DNA of 64,000 bases, taken from positions 1-64,000 of IMG/VR virus record IMGVR_UViG_3300037842_000377; one strand, written 5' to 3'. Each line of letters starts with the position of its first letter. Position 1 is the first letter of the stretch. The notes below the pieces were generated by a model, which was not told the origin of the DNA, searched no databases, and saw only the letters and a list, made by a program, of their open reading frames with translations. The position numbers and the translations under genes were made by a program. Positions 25,857 to 36,381 of this stretch are shown here, in pieces. This stretch comes from a virus. Its lineage: Duplodnaviria; Caudoviricetes.

Positions 25857-26876
25857 ATGAATACAACAAACACGTCGGATAAGAGATTAGACCTAGAGAA
25901 GGTCAAGGATATCATTTTCGATGATGTTTACAAGTTGTTAGACAACTTCAATCTGAAGTACGATCAGGACGGCGACAACATCTTCATGTGCTGCCCTATC
26001 CACGAAGGTAGCGATAACCGTAACGGCTGCTCAATCTCTCCCAAATTCAAGGTTTGGAAGTGTTGGACTCGTGGGTGTCACGATCATTACGGTAGTGATA
26101 TCTTTGGGTTTATCAAGGGTTTACTGGACACAGATTCTTTTGGTGACGTTCTGAGGGTAATTTCTCAGATATACAACATCAACGACGCACAGGGTTTTGA
26201 GTCTAAGCAGGTTAAGTGTCACCATCTTACCAATCTGAACAAGATCTTCAACAAACCCTCTCAGACCCTCATAGAGAGCACGTTTGACGAAGTGAGCACT
26301 TGCGGTCGCTCACCCTATTTCGAGGCTCGTGGGTTCAAGCCAGAGACCCTCAAGGTGTTTGGAGTGGAAGACTGTGACGATAAACAGTCGCCCATGAAGT
26401 TTCGCTCCATAATCCCCATCTATTTCAAGAGAAAACAGATGGGATACATTGCTAGATCCACAGAGCAATGGTTACAGCCTAAGTACTTGTTCTCAAACGG
26501 ACTTAGGAAGACTGACTATTGCTACAACTGGGACCGTGCTATTGAACGTGCGTTGGAAACCCGAACCCTTTTCATTGTAGAGGGTCAGGGTGACGTATGG
26601 AAAATGTTTGAGGCTGGCGTTGTAAATTGCGTCGGGCTGTTTGGCAAGTCGGTATCAGAGCAGCAGAAGAGATTGTTGCTCACCAGCGGAATTACCAATC
26701 TCGTAATCCTCACAGATAACGACTCAGCGGGCAGAGAAGGTAAGATCAAGATCAAGAGGGACTTCGGTCGTTTATTCACGCTCATCTTTCCACAGATGCA
26801 CTCCAAAGACTTGGGGAACCTGTTTGTGGAGAAAATTCAATTGGACATTCTATCAGGACTAAGGGGATTGTATTAA
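25857..26876 (+). CDS. dnaG: DNA primase (CHC2 zinc finger + TOPRIM)
   Basis: CPIH..WKCWTRGC, VEGQGD, DNDSAG, KDLG. Confidence 0.92.
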   Translation: MNTTNTSDKRLDLEKVKDIIFDDVYKLLDNFNLKYDQDGDNIFMCCPIHEGSDNRNGCSISPKFKVWKCWTRGCHDHYGSDIFGFIKGLLDTDSFGDVLRVISQIYNINDAQGFESKQVKCHHLTNLNKIFNKPSQTLIESTFDEVSTCGRSPYFEARGFKPETLKVFGVEDCDDKQSPMKFRSIIPIYFKRKQMGYIARSTEQWLQPKYLFSNGLRKTDYCYNWDRAIERALETRTLFIVEGQGDVWKMFEAGVVNCVGLFGKSVSEQQKRLLLTSGITNLVILTDNDSAGREGKIKIKRDFGRLFTLIFPQMHSKDLGNLFVEKIQLDILSGLRGLY

Positions 26877-27679
26877 TGAAGGTTATTGGTATCTCAGGTA
26901 GGAAGCAGGCTGGTAAGAACACAACTGCTAATATCCTCAATGGCCTGGTTCTCCAGAAATATGGGTTGGCAGAAGATTGGAATATTGGGGCTGAGGGAGA
27001 CCTTAACGTTCTAACCCACGACACCTTCGGAAATTTGGGGTGGGGCGGTTTTGACATTACCCGCAAGGACAGGGAATTCGTAGAGTACGCAGAGTTGAAT
27101 CTGTGGCCCTATGTGAAGCTGTACAGTTTCGCTGATAGTCTCAAGCAAATGTGTACTGAACTGTTTAACATTCCCCCTGAATGTGTTTGGGGTACTGACG
27201 ACCAGAAGAATACGGTACAGGAACACCTTCTGTGGGAGAATATGCCGGGAGTTGTTACCCCTCAGGTGGTCGATGGAATGATGTCAAGCTGGGAGGAGGG
27301 TAGGCAAGACTTTTTAGAGGGCGTTGGATTAATATCTCATGAACCCGGCCCAATGACCGCTCGTCAATTCTTACAATTCCTAGGGACTGACGTGATGCGT
27401 AAGATGTACGGTCCTATCTGGATCAACTCATGTATTAGAAGAATTCAACAGGAACAATCAGAACTCGCCATTATTGCGGATATTCGTTTTCCCAATGAGG
27501 CAGAAGCAGTAGAAAAAATCGGTGGAGACCTGTGGAGGTTGAACCGAGTACCCTTTAGCGACGATAAGCATTCCAGCGAAATTGCACTAGATGATTACCC
27601 GTTCAAAACTGTCATTGACAACGCTGATAGTAGCATTGATCACCTTGTGGCAGCAGTCAAAAAACTACACAGGAGATAA
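26876..27679 (+). CDS. deoxynucleoside monophosphate kinase
   Basis: GISGRKQAGKNT, SFADSLK, RQFLQFLGTD, DIRFPNE, HSSE. Confidence 0.9.
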   Translation: MKVIGISGRKQAGKNTTANILNGLVLQKYGLAEDWNIGAEGDLNVLTHDTFGNLGWGGFDITRKDREFVEYAELNLWPYVKLYSFADSLKQMCTELFNIPPECVWGTDDQKNTVQEHLLWENMPGVVTPQVVDGMMSSWEEGRQDFLEGVGLISHEPGPMTARQFLQFLGTDVMRKMYGPIWINSCIRRIQQEQSELAIIADIRFPNEAEAVEKIGGDLWRLNRVPFSDDKHSSEIALDDYPFKTVIDNADSSIDHLVAAVKKLHRR

Positions 27680-27681
27680 TC

Positions 27682-28722
27682 TTGATCGTCACTTACATGC
27701 GTAGTTCGAGTTACAACAACTTTGACTACTGCCAGATGCAGTATTTCATTACTTACAATCTCGGCTGGCCGTCTAAGAGTAATAAACGGGCGGATCTGGG
27801 AACAATGGCCCATAAGGTTATGGAGATCCTATCTGGGCTAAAGAAATTCCAACAGGATAAACCCAAGAACAAGTGGTTGGTTGTGGAAGATGATGCCTGT
27901 GGTAAAGTAAGAATAGAAAAAGACAGGCTACTGACTAATGACCTCATAGAAGAGTTATGTGAGTTAAGTTTCAATTCATATAAGGTGAAAATGACGGATC
28001 ATAAGTGGTATCCAAGAGATATTAAGGAAGTCAAGCGTTCCGTCTATATGTTCATTGAGCAGAACGACGGCCAATTCGATCCACGCTTCCGAAATATCCA
28101 TCATCCAGAACCTCATTTCGACATTCCTATCGAGGAAGACTGGGCAAAGTTTGAGTATGAGATTGACGGTAAGACGGTAGAGGGCCAGCTAGCCATTAAG
28201 GGCACAATTGACCTTGTAACGCTAGTCAACGACAAAACCATTGAGGTTATTGACTGGAAAACCGGGCGACGTATGAACTGGGCTACCGGGGAAGAAAAAG
28301 ATTTCAAAAAGTTAAGTAGTGACCCCCAGTTGTTACTCTACTTCTACGCTATCTCCAAGTTGTACCCAGACTATCCGAATCGGATCATGAGTATCTTCTT
28401 CTGTAAGGATACCGAGGGAGAAATGGACCCAAAACCCTTTAGTATGTGCTTCGACAAGAGCGATGAAGAACGGTTTTTGGGGATGCTCAAGGCTAGATTC
28501 GAGGAAATCAAGAAAAACACTAGTCCTAAGCTAATGGACCCCAGTCGTAGATCGTTTAAATGCACTAGAATGTGCCACTATTGCAAGACCAATTGGGAGG
28601 GTACGGACGAAAATATGTGTATATTTATAGAGAAACACATAAAAGAACACGGAATGGAAGAGACCGTCAAGAAATGTACCAGACCCGGCTTTGACATAGG
28701 TTTCTACGAAGCACCGGGTTGA
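27682..28722 (+). CDS. PD-(D/E)XK exonuclease (Cas4/RecB-like)
   Basis: N-terminal Cys, GTMAH, KGTIDLV, IDWKTG, QLLLY, C-terminal C..C..C cluster. Confidence 0.85.
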   Translation: MIVTYMRSSSYNNFDYCQMQYFITYNLGWPSKSNKRADLGTMAHKVMEILSGLKKFQQDKPKNKWLVVEDDACGKVRIEKDRLLTNDLIEELCELSFNSYKVKMTDHKWYPRDIKEVKRSVYMFIEQNDGQFDPRFRNIHHPEPHFDIPIEEDWAKFEYEIDGKTVEGQLAIKGTIDLVTLVNDKTIEVIDWKTGRRMNWATGEEKDFKKLSSDPQLLLYFYAISKLYPDYPNRIMSIFFCKDTEGEMDPKPFSMCFDKSDEERFLGMLKARFEEIKKNTSPKLMDPSRRSFKCTRMCHYCKTNWEGTDENMCIFIEKHIKEHGMEETVKKCTRPGFDIGFYEAPG

Positions 28723-28734
28723 TAGGAGATAGTC

Positions 28735-29196
28735 ATGAAACGTAGGGAATTCATCCAACTGGCACTGGTTGGGGGCATTTCAGCCCTCGCCGTGTCGGAT
28801 TCGGTGGAAGAGAATGTTGAACTACCTGTCTACCCCGACTACCCACCAAAACACAAGCTGGACGACCTTTACATATCCAAAGAGGCTATGGAGGATATCC
28901 AGAACTGGGGGGTAGAAGAGTTAGACGAGGAAACCAAGAAGGAAATACTCACTCCACCTAAGGAAATTGTTGAGGTAGATGAGTACAAACCGCGATGGAA
29001 CGTAGACGGTAGTTGGGATAAGGCTGAGGATAGAGGAGAACTCATCAAACACCTCAGTGGGCCAGTTCACAGAAAAGACCCTAACCATTTAATAACACTG
29101 TCAACAGACGACCTACAAAGACTACACGACAACAGTCACTGGTCTATGGGTGGTCGCACGACCAAGAAAGTGCGGAAACGCAAGCGGAGAAGATGA
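28735..29196 (+). CDS. hypothetical protein with Tat-like leader
   Basis: MKRREFIQLALVGG; AGGAG RBS. Confidence 0.65.
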   Translation: MKRREFIQLALVGGISALAVSDSVEENVELPVYPDYPPKHKLDDLYISKEAMEDIQNWGVEELDEETKKEILTPPKEIVEVDEYKPRWNVDGSWDKAEDRGELIKHLSGPVHRKDPNHLITLSTDDLQRLHDNSHWSMGGRTTKKVRKRKRRR

Positions 29197-29197
29197 C

Positions 29198-30439
29198 ATG
29201 AAAAGGCGAGATTTCATCAGATATAATGCGGGTTCCCTCGGTGGTGCCTGTATTTCTACTGGTAACATCACAGCAAGCTATGGAAAGGATAAGAACCCAG
29301 ACGATCCTGCGGTTCTATTCTTATTTCTATCTGGTGGTGCTACTCATATTGAAACGTTCAACCCCATTCCTACCGCTCCTCCTGAGAGGCGTGGGACAAC
29401 TGGTGCTATCGATACCAACGTTGAAGGTATCCAAATAGGTGGGTTGTTCAAAGAGTTAGCCAAACGTACAGACAAAATCGCTATTGCTAGAGGTTTTGGT
29501 CATCGTGATGCCAACCACGCGAGTGCGACCCATTGGGTTGTTACTGGTGAAGCTAATTTTGGTGCTGGGACTACATCTAAGTGGCCTAGTTATGGCAGTA
29601 TGATGAGTAAGTATCACGGTACAAACACACCTAATGGTCTACCCACTTACGTTAAGATTGGGTCATTCCAACATGACGCTGCGGCTTGGCTTGGAGGTAA
29701 GTATACTGGCTATGACGCAACTCGTGAGGGTAGAAAAGACCTACGCCTACTAAGTGGAGATGCTAGGTTTAAGAATCGCCTTAGAGTTCTCGATATTGTA
29801 GATGGCGGATATAAACCGGGTGTTCAAATTGTGGAAGACTGGGGAGAACTGAAGGGTCAGGCTGTTGAGATTATCATGGGTGACGCCTCTGAAGCATTCA
29901 GAGTTGAAGAAGATCCAGACTACAATGAGTTCAAGGGTTCCTCTTTTGGTACCGATGCCCTTACAGCCATCCGTTTGATTCAGGCGGGATCTAAGTTTGT
30001 GACCCTGAACCTTGGTGGTTGGGACATGCACAACAACATCGTTCCCGCTCTCAATAGTAGACAGGTGGAACTCGACACATACCTAGCTAAAATCATGGAC
30101 GCTATCCAAGCAAGAGGTATGTACAAGAATGTCATGCTGGTTGTTACCTCTGAGTTTGGCAGAACCCCCAAGGTAAACGCTAATGCTGGGAGAGACCACT
30201 TTGGCCGTATCGCTCCATTGATGATTAGTTGTGGTCAGTATGAAATGGGTAGGGTCATTGGTAAAACAAACTCTTATGCAGACGTAGTTGAGGAGGGTGA
30301 ATGCACCCCAGAAGATTTAGCTTGGACCGTGTACAATCACCTTGGTATGAAACGTGGAACCAGATATGTTGCTCTGGACGGTCGTCCTCACGAGATGGTT
30401 AAGAAGGATGCTAAGAACATTTTAACGGAGGTTGTCTAA
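29198..30439 (+). CDS. DUF1501 family protein with Tat leader
   Basis: MKRRDF, LFLSGGATHIETFNP, PSYGS, GGWDMH, SEFGRTPKVN..GRDH. Confidence 0.9.
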   Translation: MKRRDFIRYNAGSLGGACISTGNITASYGKDKNPDDPAVLFLFLSGGATHIETFNPIPTAPPERRGTTGAIDTNVEGIQIGGLFKELAKRTDKIAIARGFGHRDANHASATHWVVTGEANFGAGTTSKWPSYGSMMSKYHGTNTPNGLPTYVKIGSFQHDAAAWLGGKYTGYDATREGRKDLRLLSGDARFKNRLRVLDIVDGGYKPGVQIVEDWGELKGQAVEIIMGDASEAFRVEEDPDYNEFKGSSFGTDALTAIRLIQAGSKFVTLNLGGWDMHNNIVPALNSRQVELDTYLAKIMDAIQARGMYKNVMLVVTSEFGRTPKVNANAGRDHFGRIAPLMISCGQYEMGRVIGKTNSYADVVEEGECTPEDLAWTVYNHLGMKRGTRYVALDGRPHEMVKKDAKNILTEVV

Positions 30440-30440
30440 A

Positions 30441-30605
30441 ATGAAAAACATCAAGGAGTGGCTTGAAGAAGTCACGGGGGAACTAGAACGTCTAGGGGCG
30501 AATAAGACATACAAATACGCAGACCCTCACACCGGAGAGGTTTTTGAATTTAAACGTCAGGGAATTTACAAAAAGAACGGTAGGACACTCATACCTATAA
30601 GGTGA
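30441..30605 (+). CDS. small hypothetical protein (54 aa, not in ORF track)
   Basis: GGAGG RBS; MKNIKEWLEE...YADPHTGEVFEFKRQGIYKKNGR. Confidence 0.6.
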   Translation: MKNIKEWLEEVTGELERLGANKTYKYADPHTGEVFEFKRQGIYKKNGRTLIPIR

Positions 30606-30611
30606 TTATTA

Positions 30612-32582
30612 ATGAATGATTTGTCCGCATGTCAATGCTCTGGTCCGGGTTGGTGCAAGGTCTTTAAAAAAGAGATGGGTGTAATACCACCTAACTGGAA
30701 ATGGTGCCAAGATGCATCTCAAGCAGAGAGGGAAAAATATCTACGACCATCTAAGCGTAGGGGTGTGCTTAGTTTGAGTACGTCGGAACATAGAGTTAGC
30801 ACCATTGATTTTTATGATAATATTCCAGAACCCAAAAGTACATTGGCTATATGCGTCATTCCAGCTAATGAGGCAGCTAGGAAACTACTCAGAGTAACAC
30901 GTCAGAGAATCAAAGAATACGCACAAGAATGCGGTGCAGATTACATAGAGCTAACTGGAGATCAACATCCAGATTGGCCTATGGCTAACAAGTATAGAGT
31001 AGGACAAGTAACTTCTATATACGAAAAAACATTGTATTTAGATTGTGATATACTTGTATCTGATAAAGCACCAAATATCTTTGAGATAACACCAGATGAT
31101 AAAATATCTGGCTTTGATGAATATTGCATCTGGTCTCAAAAAGATTACAGTTGGATTGAACGAGAGCAGGACATAATAATAAGAAAGACTCTAACAGACA
31201 AGCAGGCAGAAAAATTTTTAGATAATGGTAGAACAATTTACCCTAAGGTAATGATTAATGGGGGCGTTTTGGTTATACCAAAGTCTTGTGCAAAATACTA
31301 CCAACAGCCCACAGATACATATCCTAAGCAGTGGTGCTTTGACCAGAATTATTTGACCCTTTTAGTTTATGGCGAAGATGTTTTTAACCCACTTGACTTC
31401 AAGTGGAACTGTCTATTCACTTGTGAAGATGGTTTCTGGTACAATGCCTCAGAATCTTATTTCATACATGTAAATTCTTTAAGGGACCAAGAAACTAGAG
31501 AGGCCGTTCTGTCACAAATATCTTTAGGGGATTTTTGCCCAATAGAGCCTCAAAGGTATGAAAACTCTTACCCGTACATGGAGCCGATCTGGCAACCAAA
31601 TGATTTAAATAATCTAAAGTCAAACACTTTTAAAGCAAACAAAATAGGTCTAATTCAAGGTGAAATAGCCCCCGGCGGTGCCTTAACGTGGATGAAACTT
31701 TTTGCACAATGTTTTGGTGACGACATTACTGGTATAGTGCCAATTGTGGACTTTCCCCGATTCCATAGCCTTGAAACGGGTATGAAGACTGGTTATTCTT
31801 ACGAAGAAATGGAAGAAGTTTATGTAAAATCTGATATTATCATCTATTGGGCATACTATTTAAATGAATCCTTACCAACGTTTATAAGAGATAACCCACT
31901 CAACAAGAAGATAGTATATGTATCTCACTCTGGATTTAGACATAACCGACTGCACGATATATTAATTGATATTCTCAAACCAGACGTTAGTGTGTTTGTG
32001 GACAAGACTGTTGCAACACATTATAACGGTATATGTATACCTCCACCAGTATTCTTCGACAAAGAATTAAAAAGAAAGCCGGTCCCAAAAAATATCCTGT
32101 GGCATCATAGGATAGAGAAATATAAGGGCGTCCAAGTCCTTGCCGATATTATTAACTGTTTACCAGATTTTAATTTCCATATAGCTGGTAGTTGGTTAGA
32201 GCAATACTTCGATCAAGAAACAAGAGATTTGGTCAACCATAGGATTTTAAGTGACAGTATACAAAATGTGTTCTATTATGGGTACGTAGAAGATGTTTCA
32301 CAATTATTCAAAACGTGCTCTTTATCTTTATCTACATCTTATGACGAATCTTTCGGTTTATCCGTAGCGGAAAGCATTGCACATGGTATACCAACAGTTT
32401 CTCACCCCGTTGGCGTAGGTATGTTTTCTGACTCCATTGTAAAATATAAATCTCACGCAACAGAGTGGGCTAAAGCGATAAGGTCGTGCGAGGAGACAAC
32501 AAAAGAAGCAAAAAATAGAGACTACATTCGAGAAAATTTTTCTATTGAAAATTTCAAAGTAGAGTGGAACAAGATATTATGA
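30612..32582 (+). CDS. two-domain glycosyltransferase (GT-A/GT8-like + GT4-like)
   Basis: LYLDCD, INGGV, DQNYL, then RIEKYKG, ESFGLSVAESIAHG. Confidence 0.8.
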   Translation: MNDLSACQCSGPGWCKVFKKEMGVIPPNWKWCQDASQAEREKYLRPSKRRGVLSLSTSEHRVSTIDFYDNIPEPKSTLAICVIPANEAARKLLRVTRQRIKEYAQECGADYIELTGDQHPDWPMANKYRVGQVTSIYEKTLYLDCDILVSDKAPNIFEITPDDKISGFDEYCIWSQKDYSWIEREQDIIIRKTLTDKQAEKFLDNGRTIYPKVMINGGVLVIPKSCAKYYQQPTDTYPKQWCFDQNYLTLLVYGEDVFNPLDFKWNCLFTCEDGFWYNASESYFIHVNSLRDQETREAVLSQISLGDFCPIEPQRYENSYPYMEPIWQPNDLNNLKSNTFKANKIGLIQGEIAPGGALTWMKLFAQCFGDDITGIVPIVDFPRFHSLETGMKTGYSYEEMEEVYVKSDIIIYWAYYLNESLPTFIRDNPLNKKIVYVSHSGFRHNRLHDILIDILKPDVSVFVDKTVATHYNGICIPPPVFFDKELKRKPVPKNILWHHRIEKYKGVQVLADIINCLPDFNFHIAGSWLEQYFDQETRDLVNHRILSDSIQNVFYYGYVEDVSQLFKTCSLSLSTSYDESFGLSVAESIAHGIPTVSHPVGVGMFSDSIVKYKSHATEWAKAIRSCEETTKEAKNRDYIRENFSIENFKVEWNKIL

Positions 32583-33340
32583 TTGTGAATATTGCTATGC
32601 CAGTATACAATACGAATGTTCTTTGGTTAAAAGAGGCGATTCAGAGTATTCAAAGCCAAACTTATAAACATTGGAAACTTATTGTTGTAGATGATTGCAG
32701 TACCAACTTAGAGACAATTAAATTTCTTGAATCAATTGTTAGTCAAAATATTCAACTGGTCAGGACGGAGCAAAACCTTGGGTGTGACTCAGCTAGACTT
32801 TTTGCGAAAAAATTTTTAGACAAAGATTGTGAGTTGCTTATATTTATGGATAGCGACGATATAATGATGCCCAATAGAATAGAGAAACAGATTGCTTTCT
32901 TAGACACAAATAAAGACGTAGGAATAGTAGGAGGTCAAATGCAAATGTTTGTCGACCGAACATCACCATTCATTGATATGAACACTCCAGATTGCGAAGG
33001 GGTTACTTCACATCCTTACAATGTAAACCAGTACATTTTGTCCAAATCGTGGGTTATAAACAACCCCTCAACGGCCATGAGACGCTCTGTTGTAGATGAG
33101 TTTGACGCCGGTTTGATAAGAAAAATTCAAGACGAGTTAGGTCTCGATAGGAATGTGTACGGCGATTTAATTTTCTACAGTATCAACGCAATGATAGGTG
33201 TTCAGATTAGGAATTTATCAGATATCATTATCTTTTATCGCGTCAGCAAACATAACCTTTCGGGAAAAAGTTGGTATCAGAACAAAGAAAAACACAAGCA
33301 ATTACGAAAAAAAATATTGGAGTACTATGTTAGTAAATAA
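32579..33340 (+). CDS. glycosyltransferase family 2
   Basis: MPVYNT, VVDDCST, MDSDD. Confidence 0.9.
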   Translation: MIVNIAMPVYNTNVLWLKEAIQSIQSQTYKHWKLIVVDDCSTNLETIKFLESIVSQNIQLVRTEQNLGCDSARLFAKKFLDKDCELLIFMDSDDIMMPNRIEKQIAFLDTNKDVGIVGGQMQMFVDRTSPFIDMNTPDCEGVTSHPYNVNQYILSKSWVINNPSTAMRRSVVDEFDAGLIRKIQDELGLDRNVYGDLIFYSINAMIGVQIRNLSDIIIFYRVSKHNLSGKSWYQNKEKHKQLRKKILEYYVSK

Positions 33341-33938
33341 AGACAAGAAGATGATTTTTGTACGTATTCCAAAAACTGCATGTACGTCAATTCATTATGC
33401 TTTGATGGAATCTGATCAGGGGTGGGAAAGTATAATAAAGCCAGACGAGTCTTGGCATCAGAACAGTAGATCATTACCTGACGAATTTAATGACTATGAA
33501 TTGATCGCTGTGTCAAGAAATCCTTGGGAAAGAATGTTATCCCTGTTTTGTTTTTATATACAAAGGACGTGGAAGATTATAAACAACCCATCGTCTGTGG
33601 AAGAACTAAGTAATAAAGATGGGGTCCGCAAATGGGCTAACGATTTAAACATAGAAGTAATAACCAAGGGGTTCCATAATTTTTTGAAGGATTATAAAGA
33701 TGATTCCGCTGAAACATGTACATATTGGGTCAACGAGCGTCACCCCGGAGGTGTAATGTGGTTCAAATATGAACAACTTGATAAGATAGAAAGTTATCTA
33801 GATATTAAGTTGCCGCTACTGAATCAAAGCATCCATCTTCATTATTCTCATTACTACAATAACGAGACGATCAAACTGGTCGAAAACAAACACTCTATAG
33901 ATATAGATAAGTTTGGGTATTTTTTTGAACACGCTTGA
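33327..33938 (+). CDS. sulfotransferase (Sulfotransfer_2-like)
   Basis: 5'-PSB motif RIPKTACTS, RNPWERMLS, DIDKFGY. Confidence 0.82.
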   Translation: MLVNKDKKMIFVRIPKTACTSIHYALMESDQGWESIIKPDESWHQNSRSLPDEFNDYELIAVSRNPWERMLSLFCFYIQRTWKIINNPSSVEELSNKDGVRKWANDLNIEVITKGFHNFLKDYKDDSAETCTYWVNERHPGGVMWFKYEQLDKIESYLDIKLPLLNQSIHLHYSHYYNNETIKLVENKHSIDIDKFGYFFEHA

Positions 33939-34004
33939 TTTTGTCTCCGTTGTATCGTACGGCCAGAAATTATCAGAAAAATCAAGAATCGCTCAAAGTA
34001 ACCC

Positions 34005-34032
34005 TTTACATTCAGAGATTCTGGACTATAAT
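34005..34032 (+). promoter_or_regulatory. sigma70-type promoter for dnaE operon
   Basis: TTTACA-16-TATAAT; near-duplicate of the 5143 promoter. Confidence 0.7.
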
Positions 34033-34073
34033 AAAGGAGAAGACAGGAATTAGGACACTAACAAGGACAAGAT

Positions 34074-35699
34074 ATGAAGTGGTTTCCGTTGTGCAATTAC
34101 ACGCACTATTCTCTACAGCGAGCCTTCTCAAAGCCCAAACAACTAGCTAAAAAATGCTCAGAGAATTCTTATCGAGCCTGCGGGATTGCTGACTACAAGT
34201 CTATCTCCGGGGCCGTTTCTTTTTACCAAGCCTGTATCGCGAACGATATTAAGCCAATTATTGGTTGTGCGTTTGATGGTTTCACCCTCTTTGCTAAGAA
34301 CAAAGAAGGTTGGTTGGAACTAATCCGCATCGTGTCCACCCTCGACGACAGGGGAAATGTTGACACTGGGCTATTGGTCAAGCTGGCTAATCAGGGTAAC
34401 CTAATCTGTCTGGCTAGAGATCCCTCTGTCTCACCAATCTCGGGTGAAGACTTCTATCAGAAGAGTTCTGCTTTCCCAAATACGTATTACGTAGAGAGAG
34501 ATCAAGCTGAACTGCACAGGGTTTTGATATGTGGTCACCTAAAGAAGACTATGTCACAAGTAAAGCGGATGATCCGAAACAACACTGATATTGCTGACTA
34601 CCAGATATTCTTTGAGTGTAGCGAATTCTACATAAAAGACAAGATGGAGGCCGCACAGATTCTAGTAGATGATCCTAAGATGGATATCTTCGATGAGATC
34701 TTTGATAAGTGTGAGAACTACAATATCCTCAGTAAGCCAATGCTTCCTAAATTCCCCTGTCCCATTGGTTACAGCGAAGGTGAGTATCTGGTAAAACTGT
34801 GTAAAGAGGGTTGGTTGGAGCTAGAGAAAGACGGCACTATTACATCTGATAACTGTGTAGAATACAGGGCACGCTACGACAGAGAACTCAAGGTTATAGA
34901 GAATGCTAATCTCTCAGGTTACTTCCTTATCGTTTGGGATATTCTCAAATTCTGTCGTGATAACGGTTGGATGGTTGGTCCGGGTCGCGGTTCTGCTGCT
35001 GGATGTTTGATATCCTATCTCATGCAGATTACCATGATAGACCCTATTGAGTTTAATCTACTGTTCGAGCGTTTCTATAATGACGGTCGTAATACAGAAG
35101 ACCATGTATCCCTACCCGATATTGACATGGACGTTCCTACGGGTAAGCGTGACGCAATTATTCAGGAGTTGAAAGAGAGGTATGGTGCGGAAAATGTAAG
35201 TCAAATGTGTACTTTTGGTAGGCTTCAGGGTCGTAGTGCTATCAAAGAAGTACTACGTGTTAACCAAGCCTGTGGGTTTGGTGAGATGAACTACATCACA
35301 AAGTACATACCTGACGAGGCCGCTATCTCTGACCAGTTAGCTATGATGGATGAAGAGGATCGCTCTATCATTCGTTGGGCACTCCTGAACAACGCAGATG
35401 ATCTTAGAGACTACTGTCATATTGATGATGACGGTGAACTACGAGGTGACTACTCTGAGTACTTCCAACAGGCTATTGATATGGAGGGCACCTTTAAGAC
35501 TCAGGGTAAACACGCCGCTGGTGTGGTTATCTCCGCTCAACCGCTTCATGAGGTGTGCCCTATGGTCAACCAAAAAAGCGGTGGAGAAAAGATCGCTGGA
35601 TTAGAGATGAACGATCTGGAGGCACTGGGGCATGTTAAATTTGATGTTCTCGGGATAAATCTTTTGGATAAATTGATGTATGTGAAGGAATTAATATGA
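34074..35699 (+). CDS. dnaE: DNA polymerase III alpha, N-terminal half (PHP + palm)
   Basis: THYSL PHP start, GPGRGSAAG, LFERF, PDIDMD, GKHAAG, KFDVLG. Confidence 0.93.
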   Translation: MKWFPLCNYTHYSLQRAFSKPKQLAKKCSENSYRACGIADYKSISGAVSFYQACIANDIKPIIGCAFDGFTLFAKNKEGWLELIRIVSTLDDRGNVDTGLLVKLANQGNLICLARDPSVSPISGEDFYQKSSAFPNTYYVERDQAELHRVLICGHLKKTMSQVKRMIRNNTDIADYQIFFECSEFYIKDKMEAAQILVDDPKMDIFDEIFDKCENYNILSKPMLPKFPCPIGYSEGEYLVKLCKEGWLELEKDGTITSDNCVEYRARYDRELKVIENANLSGYFLIVWDILKFCRDNGWMVGPGRGSAAGCLISYLMQITMIDPIEFNLLFERFYNDGRNTEDHVSLPDIDMDVPTGKRDAIIQELKERYGAENVSQMCTFGRLQGRSAIKEVLRVNQACGFGEMNYITKYIPDEAAISDQLAMMDEEDRSIIRWALLNNADDLRDYCHIDDDGELRGDYSEYFQQAIDMEGTFKTQGKHAAGVVISAQPLHEVCPMVNQKSGGEKIAGLEMNDLEALGHVKFDVLGINLLDKLMYVKELI

Positions 35700-36091
35700 T
35701 CATTCCACCAAGCGTAAGAGTTAAAGGCATATGGGCAGAGAACTTGATGGAGTTCTTCTATTACTCCGTTACAGAAGCTGGAGGAGACGGTGCTGCGGTG
35801 ATTTGCTGTGCGAACCCTAGAGAAACCGCAGACTTCTTTGTTGAGTGGTGGAAAGGGAAATACCTACCAAAAATGAAAAAGGCTGGATACAAAAAAGACG
35901 AGTTTTTTCATAAACGCGAAGAAACCAGAGGTAGACGTGGAGAGTTAGTGGTTAACTTTCACGATGGCGACGAGAACTTTATGTTTTGCGACCAGATAGA
36001 ATATCTACCCTTTGGTGATATATGCTTCATAGTAGATTGCGACTGTCTAAGTTGTAGAAATTCTTTTTTAGTATTAAAGGTTGAACAATGA
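35696..36091 (+). CDS. hypothetical protein
   Basis: ATGA-coupled ORF. Confidence 0.65.
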   Translation: MIIPPSVRVKGIWAENLMEFFYYSVTEAGGDGAAVICCANPRETADFFVEWWKGKYLPKMKKAGYKKDEFFHKREETRGRRGELVVNFHDGDENFMFCDQIEYLPFGDICFIVDCDCLSCRNSFLVLKVEQ

Positions 36092-36381
36092 GACCCTTCA
36101 GTAAAGAACGCTACGCATCAGCGGCTAAGATAATGAGATCTCTACCAGAGTTAGATTGCTGCGGATCTGGTCACGACAAGATCTATATCTCAGACCTTCT
36201 TGAGAATGCGATCACTATGATCGAAATCAACGCAGAACGCGAGAAGAAATGGGTACAGCCTATGAAAGACAGGGTTTGTGACGATTTGAACAGGCGTAGT
36301 ATAAAACAGCTACAAGAGATGCTAGGTCTAGTTGAGAAACGAGTTTGCCGCCTAGAAGACAACCAGAGAGGGTCATCATGA
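36088..36381 (+). CDS. hypothetical protein
   Basis: ATGA-coupled ORF. Confidence 0.62.
   Translation: MRPFSKERYASAAKIMRSLPELDCCGSGHDKIYISDLLENAITMIEINAEREKKWVQPMKDRVCDDLNRRSIKQLQEMLGLVEKRVCRLEDNQRGSS

Noticed and set aside
27682-28722. CRISPR-associated Cas4
   Set aside because: No array or other cas genes; stand-alone Cas4-like nucleases are common in phage replication modules.
33935-34150. 71-aa ORF
   Set aside because: Spans the dnaE promoter and start in another frame.
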